Source: Gammaproteobacteria bacterium
GTDB taxonomy: Bacteria; Pseudomonadota; Gammaproteobacteria; Poriferisulfidales; GCA-002705445
Assembly (NCBI GenBank): GCA_964203715.1
Contig: CAXNNI010000001.1
Coordinates: forward strand, 1 to 26,143
Direction: 5' to 3'
DNA length: 26,143 nt
In this document: positions 1-8,030 of the stretch, piece by piece
How positions within the stretch are numbered: the stretch's first letter is position 1
How the letters are laid out: each line of letters begins with the position of its first letter
The notes under the pieces: model-generated
Databases searched by the model: none
Seen by the model: only the letters and a program-made list of their open reading frames with translations
What the model was told of the DNA's origin: nothing
Position numbers and translations under genes: made by a program

Positions 1-93
1 TGAGTCTATAGATACATTAGAAACTTGTCTATCTTCTCCGTATAATTCTCCGTTTATATATTTTGCTAAATCCGATAAATAATATTTATTCAT
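1..93 (-). CDS. murF: UDP-N-acetylmuramoyl-tripeptide--D-Ala-D-Ala ligase, N-terminal 31 codons (runs off the window edge)
   Basis: Not in the ORF track. Hand translation from ATG at 93 gives MNKYYLSDLAKYINGELYGEDRQVSNVSIDS, resembling a Mur ligase N-terminus (…SIDS[R]). It has an ATGA overlap with the murE stop (90-93), and murF normally follows murE. Confidence 0.8.
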   Translation of the reverse strand, partial: MNKYYLSDLAKYINGELYGEDRQVSNVSIDS

Positions 94-1544
94 GAAAAAA
101 TTTTTTTAACCTCAAATTCATCACTTATATTAATAGTTTTATTTTTTAAAAGCTGTATTTGTTCATGCCCTTTTCCTAATATTAAAACTAATTTATTAGA
201 ATTTTTTTTTGATATAGCTTTTTTAATTGCTCGTCTTCTATCAAGAATAGTCCTACATTTCTCAATTACGCTTATACCAGTTTTAATGTCTTTTGCTATA
301 TTTATTGGAGTTTCACCTCTAGGATTATCATTTGTGATAATAATTTCATCTGAATATTTATTCACTATCTCGCCCATTTTTTTTCTTTTATTTCTATCTC
401 TTTCTCCTCCACATCCAAATACTGTAATAACTTGCTTATTCGGAAAATGCTTTTTTACAGAAAGAAGAACATTTTTTATTGCACCCGGCGTATGAGCATA
501 GTCTATAAATACTAATGGGTATCCATTTTTTTTAAGTATATTCATCCTTCCTTTTGCTTGAGAAATTTTCAGTATGTTATCTATATGAGTATTGTATGTT
601 TTTTTACTACATGTTATAGCTGCTAATGATAACAATATATTTATTATCGTAAAGTTCCCATACAAATTTAATAAAACTTCTCTTGAGCCAAATTTTGATT
701 GGATTTTAAATATTAATCCACTTTCATTATACTTTATATGATCTGCATAAAAATCAGCATCACTATTTTTTAAAGAGACAGTGACTAAATTTTTGTCGTT
801 AAAAAAATTTCTTGCAATTTTTTTTCCATAAACACAATCAATACATATTACTTTTTTTTTATTTTTATACTCAGAAAATAACTTAAATTTCTCACGAAAG
901 TAAACTTTCATACTTTTATGATAATCTAGATGATCTTGAGATAAATTAGTAAATATAACAGTATCAAAATTTAAGCCATGAACTCTTTTTTGACTAATAG
1001 CATGAGAAGATACTTCCATAGCTACATTTTGAACATCTTTATCAGAAAATTTTTTTATGTATTTATTTATGTTAATAATATTTGGAGTTGTTAAACCCTC
1101 ATACTTTAAGTTTGGATAAATACCATTGCCTATTGTTCCTATAATACCACATTTTTTTTTTTCTTGATTTAAAAGTTGCGCTATAAACTGAGTTACAGTG
1201 GTTTTTCCATTTGTGCCTGTTACACCATATATTTTTATTAAATTTTTATTACACGCATAAAATTTTTCAGAAACTTTTAACATATAATTATCGATACTAT
1301 CAACTCTATAAAAAATAGCCTGGTTCTTATATTTATTGGTATCTAAAATATTATTTTTTCTATATATGATTAATTTTGAACCATTTTTAATTGCTTCTAA
1401 GATAAATTTTTCTTTTAAATCTGTAGATATCTTTAAAAAAAAAATATAGTCTTTTTTAACTTCTCTACTATCTTCAGTTAAACCTTTTATGTCTAGTGTG
1501 CAATCTGAAAAAATCTTATCTCTTATAAGATCTTTTAGTTTCAT
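90..1544 (-). CDS. murE: UDP-N-acetylmuramoyl-L-Ala-D-Glu--meso-diaminopimelate ligase
   Basis: P-loop GVTGTNGKTT, MEVSSH, FTNLSQDHLDYH, DYAHTP, FGCGGERD, the DNPR meso-DAP specificity motif and GKGHE. Confidence 0.97.
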   Translation of the reverse strand: MKLKDLIRDKIFSDCTLDIKGLTEDSREVKKDYIFFLKISTDLKEKFILEAIKNGSKLIIYRKNNILDTNKYKNQAIFYRVDSIDNYMLKVSEKFYACNKNLIKIYGVTGTNGKTTVTQFIAQLLNQEKKKCGIIGTIGNGIYPNLKYEGLTTPNIININKYIKKFSDKDVQNVAMEVSSHAISQKRVHGLNFDTVIFTNLSQDHLDYHKSMKVYFREKFKLFSEYKNKKKVICIDCVYGKKIARNFFNDKNLVTVSLKNSDADFYADHIKYNESGLIFKIQSKFGSREVLLNLYGNFTIINILLSLAAITCSKKTYNTHIDNILKISQAKGRMNILKKNGYPLVFIDYAHTPGAIKNVLLSVKKHFPNKQVITVFGCGGERDRNKRKKMGEIVNKYSDEIIITNDNPRGETPINIAKDIKTGISVIEKCRTILDRRRAIKKAISKKNSNKLVLILGKGHEQIQLLKNKTINISDEFEVKKIFS

Positions 1545-1562
1545 AATATATATATAAAAAAA

Positions 1563-1700
1563 TTATTTTTTAGCATTTGCAGTCTCGCTTACCCATTCTG
1601 CTCCTGCTGAAATATCTCTTCCTATTCCGTCTATAGTATTACAACCATGTAATAATGAAAAACTCAAAAAAATCAACCAGTAAAAATTTATACCCTTCAT
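1563..1700 (-). CDS. Entericidin A/B-family small lipoprotein (45 aa)
   Basis: Not in the ORF track. Hand translation: MKGINFYWLIFLSFSLLHGCNTIDGIGRDISAGAEWVSETANAKK*. It has a lipobox L-H-G-C (Cys20) followed by the EcnA/B-like CNTxxGxGxDI pattern, and an AAGGAG RBS 6 nt upstream (1707-1712). Confidence 0.88.
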   Translation of the reverse strand: MKGINFYWLIFLSFSLLHGCNTIDGIGRDISAGAEWVSETANAKK

Positions 1701-1735
1701 TTTTATCTCCTTAACTATATTTAATTGAATTACAT

Positions 1736-3070
1736 TTAATCAGCTTGTTTTCTTAAAAAAGCCGGTATGTCTAAATAATCATAATCTATCGCTTCATTAA
1801 TATTATTTTTTTCTTCACTTTTTTTTCCTTTTACTATATGTTTTCTTTCTTTTTCTCCAGTCTGGATATTTTTTGCATATTCATATTGCTTATCATAATT
1901 ACTTAAATCATTATTTACTTCTATTGGCTCCTCTATAAAAAATTCATAGTCAGCTTGTTTATCATCAAATTCAAATTTTTCTTGAATTGTTTTTGTCTTT
2001 TCTAATTCATTAACTGAAATTATTTTTTCCTTGAAATTTTTTAATTTGTAATATGGGTCTACTTTTATTTCTTTTATTGATTTTTTTGCTTCTAATCCTA
2101 TATTGTTATCCATTCCTGTTGCTACAACCGTTACTTTTATACTACTTTCCAATGATTCATCAATAGTAGTGCCTAGTATTACATTAGCATTAGGATCTTC
2201 TGAATCTAATAAACTACCTATGTGTCCGCCAATAATTTTAATCTCTCCTGTAGTTAAACTTCCATTAGATGAGATATTGATTAATAACTGTTTTGCATTT
2301 TTAATATCAACGCTTTCTAAAAGTGGGCTAGCTATTGCTTGCATTACTGCATCTTCAGCACGATCAACTCCTAAACCCATACCACTTCCCATCATTGTTG
2401 ATCCAGCACATGACATAACACTTTTAACATCTGCAAAATCCAAATTTATTTCTCCTGGTTTTGTTATTAATTCAGCAATACCCCTAACTGCTCTTTCTAA
2501 GACTGCATTCGATTGATTTTTTTGTTCTGTAAGTGGCATTTCATCATCATTTAATAGCTTGTCATTTGGTATAATAATTAATGAATCAACTTTGCCTCTA
2601 AGCTCTTCAATACCTTCTTTAGCATTTGACATTCTTTTTTTACCTTCAAATGCCCAAGGTTTAGTTACTACAGCAACTGTTAAAATACCTAATTCTCTAG
2701 CTATTTCTGCTATAACTGTCGATGCTCCTGTTCCAGTTCCCCCACCCATACCAGCTGTAATAAATAGCATGTCACAATTTCCAATTACATCTTTTAATTT
2801 ATCTCTATCTTCAATTGCTGCCTGTCTACCTACATCAGGATTTGCTCCAGCTCCCAAGCCTCTAGTAATATTTTGACCTATATTGAATTTATTGTTATCT
2901 GAAACTGGATTATATTTTAAATCTTGGGCGTCTGTGTTTATACATATAAACTCAACGCCTTCAACCTTATTTTTTATCATATATTCTATAGCATTATTTC
3001 CACAACCACCAACTCCAACAACTTTAATATTAGCTTTCTGATCTTTATTATCTATTAGTTCAAAAGACAT
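1736..3070 (-). CDS. ftsZ: Cell division GTPase FtsZ with a long C-terminal linker
   Basis: IKVVGVGGCGNNA, GLGAGANP, tubulin signature GMGGGTGTG, INLDFADV and the C-terminal peptide YLDIPAFLRKQAD. Confidence 0.99.
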   Translation of the reverse strand: MSFELIDNKDQKANIKVVGVGGCGNNAIEYMIKNKVEGVEFICINTDAQDLKYNPVSDNNKFNIGQNITRGLGAGANPDVGRQAAIEDRDKLKDVIGNCDMLFITAGMGGGTGTGASTVIAEIARELGILTVAVVTKPWAFEGKKRMSNAKEGIEELRGKVDSLIIIPNDKLLNDDEMPLTEQKNQSNAVLERAVRGIAELITKPGEINLDFADVKSVMSCAGSTMMGSGMGLGVDRAEDAVMQAIASPLLESVDIKNAKQLLINISSNGSLTTGEIKIIGGHIGSLLDSEDPNANVILGTTIDESLESSIKVTVVATGMDNNIGLEAKKSIKEIKVDPYYKLKNFKEKIISVNELEKTKTIQEKFEFDDKQADYEFFIEEPIEVNNDLSNYDKQYEYAKNIQTGEKERKHIVKGKKSEEKNNINEAIDYDYLDIPAFLRKQAD

Positions 3071-3090
3071 TTTACTCTCCCTTATTGTTG

Positions 3091-4827
3091 TTAAAAATAA
3101 TTATCATTATTTAAAGATTTTGTTAAAAAATTATTTTCAATGCCAGAAATATTATCTGGTGTTACATTTAAAATTCTTAAAGCATCAACTCCTACTCTTT
3201 GAAATACTGGAGCTGCAACCTCGCCTCCGTATTGCATAGTTTTTTTTGGTTCATTATTTATTACAACTACAATAACTAGCTTTGGCTTTGTAACTGGAAC
3301 AATTCCTGCAAATAATGAAGCATGTTCTTGATCACTATATTTAAATTTTGAACTTCCCCCTATATACACTTTAGCTGTTCCAGTTTTACCTCCTACTGTA
3401 TATCCTGTTATTTGTGCTTTTTTAGCTGTTCCTGTTTCAACAACACTTCTAAGCATATTTCTTATTTTTAAAAAACTATCTTTATATTTTTGATTTATAT
3501 ATTTTTCAGTTATCTTATTTTTTATGATGTAAGGATTTATAACTAATCCTTGATTTGCAATAACACTATAAGCCTTAGCTAATTGAAGCGGTGTCATTTT
3601 AAATGCATAACCTAAGGCGTGAGACCTCACATCGGATGATCTCCAAGTATTATAATCATTAAGTTGTCCTTTGGATTCAGATGGAAAATTTAAATTTATC
3701 ATTTTTCCAGCGCCTACATAAGAAAGAAAATCATAATAGATTTTTTTATCGAATTTTTCGCTAATTTTAATACTACCAATATTACTTGATAAAGCCAAAA
3801 TTCCTTCTGGTGTTAGTTTTCCATTATCATTTTTATCTTGGTATTTTTTTGAACCATACATTAAGTAACCAGGACTAGTATTAATAATGTCGTCTAAATC
3901 AATTTTTTTAGAATAAAGTGCGGCTGCTATTAAAAATGGTTTTGCGGTCGATGCTGGCTCTATTGAATCTATAATTACTCTATTTCTTTCTTTTCCTGGA
4001 GCATATGTTTTTCTATTATTTAAATCATAAGAGGGGTAAGATGCACTAGCTAATATTTCACCAGTCGTACTATCTAATATTACAACTGAACCAGATTTTG
4101 CATTAATAGAATCTACTTTTTCTTTAAGTTCTCGATATGCAATATACTGAAGTCTTGCATCTATTGTTAGTTTTAACTGCTTACCTTCGTCGGGTAGTGA
4201 AACTTGCCTAATCTCCTCAACAATATTCCCTTTATTATCTACTAATACTAACTTTTTACCATCTTTACCTTGCAGTTCTTTATTAAAAGATTTTTCCAAC
4301 CCCATTTTTCCAATATGATCAATGTCTGTCATACCGATTAATGGGGAAAAAATTTCACCTTCAGGATAATATCTTTTAAATTCTTTAATAAAATATATAG
4401 ATTTTAAATTTAATTTTTTTATTTCTTCTCTTGTTTTTGGAGAAATATATCTTCCTTTAGTTATATAGCTAAATTTTTTATTTTCTCTATTTTTAAGCTT
4501 ATAAACTAAGTCTTCATAGTTTATATTTAATATTGAACAGAATTTTTTAACTTTAGAAATATTTGAAAAAAATTCTTTTGTATCAGATAGAATTACTGTA
4601 TCCATAAGAATACTTTCAGCTAAAATAATATTATTTCTATCTAATATAGATCCTCTGGTTGTTCTAATAATATGATGCTTTATTTCAATACCTTCTATTT
4701 TATTTGAATATTTTTCATTATCTGTATATTGCAATTGAAAACTTCTCATTAAAATAATAATAACTCCTATAATTATAAAAAATACAATATAGTCTATTCT
4801 TTTTTTATTCTTAAAATAATTAATCAT
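3091..4827 (-). CDS. ftsI: Peptidoglycan D,D-transpeptidase PBP3
   Basis: N-terminal TM, RGSILDRN, SxxK (EPASTAKPF), SxN (SSN) and KTG (GGKTGTA). The start is moved from 4848 to the ATG at 4827 (MINYF…), giving an 8-bp overlap with the ftsL stop. Confidence 0.95.
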   Translation of the reverse strand: MINYFKNKKRIDYIVFFIIIGVIIILMRSFQLQYTDNEKYSNKIEGIEIKHHIIRTTRGSILDRNNIILAESILMDTVILSDTKEFFSNISKVKKFCSILNINYEDLVYKLKNRENKKFSYITKGRYISPKTREEIKKLNLKSIYFIKEFKRYYPEGEIFSPLIGMTDIDHIGKMGLEKSFNKELQGKDGKKLVLVDNKGNIVEEIRQVSLPDEGKQLKLTIDARLQYIAYRELKEKVDSINAKSGSVVILDSTTGEILASASYPSYDLNNRKTYAPGKERNRVIIDSIEPASTAKPFLIAAALYSKKIDLDDIINTSPGYLMYGSKKYQDKNDNGKLTPEGILALSSNIGSIKISEKFDKKIYYDFLSYVGAGKMINLNFPSESKGQLNDYNTWRSSDVRSHALGYAFKMTPLQLAKAYSVIANQGLVINPYIIKNKITEKYINQKYKDSFLKIRNMLRSVVETGTAKKAQITGYTVGGKTGTAKVYIGGSSKFKYSDQEHASLFAGIVPVTKPKLVIVVVINNEPKKTMQYGGEVAAPVFQRVGVDALRILNVTPDNISGIENNFLTKSLNNDNYF

Positions 4828-5092
4828 TAAGACTGATATACTCAACATTATTAGGTTTAGACATATTTAAAATATTTTTAGCATCTCTTTCTATTTTTCC
4901 AAAAGAAGCGTACAAATCTTGATTTACTCTTATTTTTTTCCACTCAGTTTTTAAATCGTTTTTTAAATTAGAGTGAAGTTGTAATTTTCTATACTGCACT
5001 CTCGTCAAATGTTCAGTCCATACTACTAAAAATGATAAAGTTATATTTATAATTATCATAAAAATAATAGTATAAATCTTAAAATTACTCAT
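4820..5092 (-). CDS. ftsL: Cell division protein FtsL
   Basis: 90 aa with a single TM, a coiled coil (…LKTEW…) and a KIERDAKNILNMSKP tail. It lies between rsmH and ftsI. Confidence 0.85.
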   Translation of the reverse strand: MSNFKIYTIIFMIIINITLSFLVVWTEHLTRVQYRKLQLHSNLKNDLKTEWKKIRVNQDLYASFGKIERDAKNILNMSKPNNVEYISLND

Positions 5093-6018
5093 ATTTTCTC
5101 TGCCACTCTAAGTCTTGCACTTCTTGCTCTTTTATTTTCTGCAATTTCCTCATCTGATGCTTTAAGAGCAATATTTATTTTTTTAAAATTTAATTTTATA
5201 TTTAAATTTCTTACTGGTAATTTACTAGGTATATTTTTTATCATAGAATTTTTATTTATAAAATTTTTTACTATTCTATCCTCTAATGAATGAAAGCTAA
5301 TAACAACTAAACGACCACCTTCTGTGATTAGCTTTAAAGAGTCTTCAAGAACCTTCTCAAGTTCTTTTAGCTCATTATTTATATAAATTCTAATTGCTTG
5401 AAAGCTCTTAGTTGCAGGATTTTTTTTATACCTTTCTTTTTTTGGATAACATTTTTTTATCAATTCCGACAAATCTGTAGTAGTTTTTAATAAATTTTCG
5501 CTTACAGCTTTTTTTATAGCTTCAGCAATTTTGTTAGAATATCTTTCTTCGCCATATAATTTTAGAACTCTGCTGATATCTTGTAACTCAGCTTCTTGCA
5601 TCCATATTAATGCAGTCATTATAGTAGTTCTATCCATCCTCATGTCTAAAGGACCTGCTTTCATAAAACTAAAACCTCTTTCTGCATTTTCTAATTGTGG
5701 CGATGAAACACCAAGATCTAACAATATTCCATTTACTTTTTTTTCTGGTATGTATTTTTCAACTATTGACTCGATATTACTAAAATTACTTCTAACAAAT
5801 ATAAATCTACTATCATTTATAAAATAATCTTGCGCATGCTTTTCTGCATCCTCATCTTTATCAATAGCGATAAGCTTTCCATTGCTTCCAATTTTTTCTA
5901 ATATATGTTTTGAATGACCACCTCTTCCAAATGTGCAATCAACATACACTCCATCATTAATAACGTTTAAACTTTCTATAGATTTATTAAGCATAACTGG
6001 GTTATGTGTGTAATTCAT
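5089..6018 (-). CDS. rsmH: 16S rRNA m4C1402 methyltransferase
   Basis: HNPVML, DCTFGRGGHS, LDLGVSSPQL, RGFSF…GPLDMRMD, ISFHSLEDRIVK and N.RARSARLR. Confidence 0.97.
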   Translation of the reverse strand: MNYTHNPVMLNKSIESLNVINDGVYVDCTFGRGGHSKHILEKIGSNGKLIAIDKDEDAEKHAQDYFINDSRFIFVRSNFSNIESIVEKYIPEKKVNGILLDLGVSSPQLENAERGFSFMKAGPLDMRMDRTTIMTALIWMQEAELQDISRVLKLYGEERYSNKIAEAIKKAVSENLLKTTTDLSELIKKCYPKKERYKKNPATKSFQAIRIYINNELKELEKVLEDSLKLITEGGRLVVISFHSLEDRIVKNFINKNSMIKNIPSKLPVRNLNIKLNFKKINIALKASDEEIAENKRARSARLRVAEKI

Positions 6019-6025
6019 ATATATC

Positions 6026-6478
6026 CTATAGTTTCAAGTCATTTAATGATGAATTATTTGATTCGTCATCACAAGAATTACTCAACCATGTCTTAATATT
6101 TTTATTCCATATATTTTCTGACCATAACTCAAACTTATTACCTTGACCAAGTAAAATAACTTTTTTTTGAATATGTGCATATTCTCTTAAAGGATTTGGA
6201 ATCATGAATCTTCCTTGAATGTCAATTTCTGTTTCTGTAGCATATCCTATTAATAGTCTTTGAATAAATCTTGCATCTTTATTGTAGGAAGGAAGATTAG
6301 ATAGTTTTTGCTCTATTAAGCCCCAATTACTAAGCGTATATATTAATAAACATTTATCTCTATCGGCCGTAATAATTAACTTAGATTTTTGTTCTAAACA
6401 AAAAACTGCTCTATACCTCTGTGGCATAGAAGCTCTTCCCTTGGCATCTATACTTAAACTACTAATACCCTTAAACAT
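6026..6478 (-). CDS. mraZ: Division/cell-wall cluster transcriptional repressor MraZ
   Basis: Two AbrB-like repeats (IDAKGR, IDIQGRFMIP), A.FIQRLL and LGQGNKFELW. The start is reassigned from the GTG at 6502, which is part of an operator repeat, to the ATG at 6478 (MFKG…). Confidence 0.95.
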   Translation of the reverse strand: MFKGISSLSIDAKGRASMPQRYRAVFCLEQKSKLIITADRDKCLLIYTLSNWGLIEQKLSNLPSYNKDARFIQRLLIGYATETEIDIQGRFMIPNPLREYAHIQKKVILLGQGNKFELWSENIWNKNIKTWLSNSCDDESNNSSLNDLKL

Positions 6479-6487
6479 TTCTTTAAT

Positions 6488-6512
6488 TCCACAATTTTCC
6501 ACTAATAACCAT
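6488..6512 (-). promoter_or_regulatory. Putative MraZ operator: three (G/A)TGG(A/T) pentamers at exact 10-bp period
   Basis: The minus strand reads ATGGT-tatta-GTGGA-aaatt-GTGGA just upstream of the mraZ ATG. This matches the established MraZ operator architecture (GTGGG-like direct repeats, 10-bp period). The first repeat overlaps a TATAAT. Confidence 0.75.
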
Positions 6513-6543
6513 TATAATGCTATAAAATACGTTAGAATGTCAA
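6511..6543 (-). promoter_or_regulatory. Candidate sigma70 promoter elements for the dcw operon
   Basis: TATAAT at 6516-6511 and TTGACA at 6543-6538 on the minus strand. The 21-bp spacer is non-canonical; TAGCAT would give a 15-bp spacer. The pairing is therefore uncertain. Confidence 0.35.
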
Positions 6544-6617
6544 TATTTTTCTATATATGTCAATAACTTACATACATAAATCTTATAAGAAATAATATTA
6601 AATCATAGATATAGAAA

Positions 6618-6650
6618 CTCTACTTAATAACTAACATTAAGTGATAAGAG
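6618..6650 (-). terminator. Possible hairpin or weak intrinsic terminator 3' of rnpB
   Basis: Minus strand CUCU-uauc-ACUUAAU-guuaguu-AUUAAGU-AGAG then UUUCUAU. This is a perfect 7-bp stem extendable by 4 bp across a bulge, but it is AU-rich with a poor U-tract. Confidence 0.3.
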
Positions 6651-6658
6651 ATATATTA

Positions 6659-6998
6659 AAAGTGAGTCGACCTATAAGCTGGGTTCTGTTGAATGTAATC
6701 ATTAATCTTGTATGTTTGTCACCAAACATATCTAGCGGCCTACCCAAAAAAAGTGCGAGTAACACTATATCTTTTTTATTTAGCCTTGCTCCGAGCGGGG
6801 TTTACATTGCCAGTAGTATTACTATTACTGCGGTGAGCTCTTACCTCACCATTTCACCCTTACAATTTACATTGCGGTATTTTTTCTGTTGCACTATCCG
6901 TAAGTTCACACTTCCCAGGTATTACCTGGCACTCTACTCTGCGGAGCCCAGACTTTCCTCTTTGTTTTAACAAAGCGATTACACAGTCGACTCTCTTC
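6659..6998 (-). ncRNA. rnpB: RNase P RNA, bacterial type A (~340 nt)
   Basis: P1 GAAGAGAGUCGAC/GUCGACUCACUUU, P3 hairpin CUUUGU-uaaa-ACAAAG, P4 halves GAGGAAAGUCUGGGC and AACAGAACCCAGCUUAU, a GGUAA loop and a P18-like AUGUUUG-guga-CAAACAU. It sits in the usual rsmI-rnpB-mraZ position. Confidence 0.97.
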
Positions 6999-7014
6999 AA
7001 TTAGATAATAAAAA

Positions 7015-7890
7015 TTAATACTTTGCAAGACTGATATACTTATCGTATATTTGATTTTTTTTTAATTCAAAATGGTTACATGTGATTTTTATTGCAACAT
7101 TATACGAAATATTATTTTTTAATAACATATTAATAAAATCTTTTATTTCATAATCTTTGGTAAAATTTTTTACTGCTTCAGCTTTAGGAATTATAAATAC
7201 AAACTCACCTCTTAATTTTTCATTATTATTCTCTTGATAGTATGTGATTAAATTATCTATTGAATTAATATTTATATCTTCATACATTTTTGTAATTTCT
7301 CTAGCAATAATTATAATTTTTGTTCCTTCATATATTATCTTTAAATTATCTAGAGTTTTTAATACTCTATTTGGTGATTCAAAAAAAATTAAAGAAAAAT
7401 CACTATTGCTATTTTTTTTCAAGATATCAATTTTTTGCATTATTTTCTTTGGCAAAAAACCAATAAATTTAAAATTATTTGACGCTTTTCCGCTTACGCT
7501 AAGAGCTGATATAACCGAGGAAACACCTGGAATTGGAGAAACTTTAATATTTTCTTTATAAGCACTAGAAATTATAACATCTCCAGGATCTGATATCCCT
7601 GGCGTTCCTGCATCAGACACAAGCGCAACACTTTTTCCATTTTTAAGAATATCAATTAAATAATTAGTTCGCTCTAACTCATTATGCTTATGGTAACTTA
7701 TCTGTTTTGTATTAATACCATAAAAATTTAATATTTTTTTGCTACTTCTTGTGTCCTCTGTTGCGATAATATCAACTTTTGATAATATATCTACAGCCCT
7801 AAAAGTTATATCATTTATATTACCAATTGGTGTTGCAACAACATATAATGTACCGTATAAATTATTTTTTATTTTGTTAGTATTTTGCAA
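7015..7890 (-). CDS. rsmI: 16S rRNA Cm1402 2'-O-methyltransferase
   Basis: LYVVATPIGNINDIT.RA, EDTR, VSDAGTPGISDPG, PIPGVSS, FIGFLP, FFESPNR, AREITKMYE and RGEFV. TTG start with AGG upstream. Confidence 0.96.
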   Translation of the reverse strand: MQNTNKIKNNLYGTLYVVATPIGNINDITFRAVDILSKVDIIATEDTRSSKKILNFYGINTKQISYHKHNELERTNYLIDILKNGKSVALVSDAGTPGISDPGDVIISSAYKENIKVSPIPGVSSVISALSVSGKASNNFKFIGFLPKKIMQKIDILKKNSNSDFSLIFFESPNRVLKTLDNLKIIYEGTKIIIIAREITKMYEDININSIDNLITYYQENNNEKLRGEFVFIIPKAEAVKNFTKDYEIKDFINMLLKNNISYNVAIKITCNHFELKKNQIYDKYISLAKY

Positions 7891-7906
7891 AATTTTTAAA
7901 CCTATT

Positions 7907-8011
7907 ATGAGAAATTATTTTTATCAATTAAATATATTCATATTAAGTATAATTCTATATGGATGCAATATAAAAAATAAGAAAATGATAACTAATATTC
8001 ATAACAAGTAA
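7907..8011 (+). pseudogene. 34-codon lipobox ORF; possible lpoA remnant or small lipoprotein
   Basis: MRNYFYQLNIFILSIILYGCNIKNKKMITNIHNK* has a basic N-terminus, a hydrophobic core and L-Y-G-C (Cys20). It is divergent from rsmI where lpoA usually lies. There is no clear SD and only 16 bp to the rsmI start, so it may be spurious. Confidence 0.35.
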
Positions 8012-8030
8012 GAGTATACTTTTTAAATAA

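Noticed and set aside
5040-5092. Very short FtsL cytoplasmic N-terminus
   Set aside because: Short N-termini occur in non-enteric Gammaproteobacteria, so it is not clearly unusual.
6641-6970. 109-aa plus-strand ORF
   Set aside because: It is antisense to the RNase P RNA gene. The higher GC of the RNA explains the open frame.
7739-7906. 5' part of the 90-aa ORF 7739-8011
   Set aside because: It overlaps rsmI antisense. Only the part from ATG 7907 has a plausible signal.
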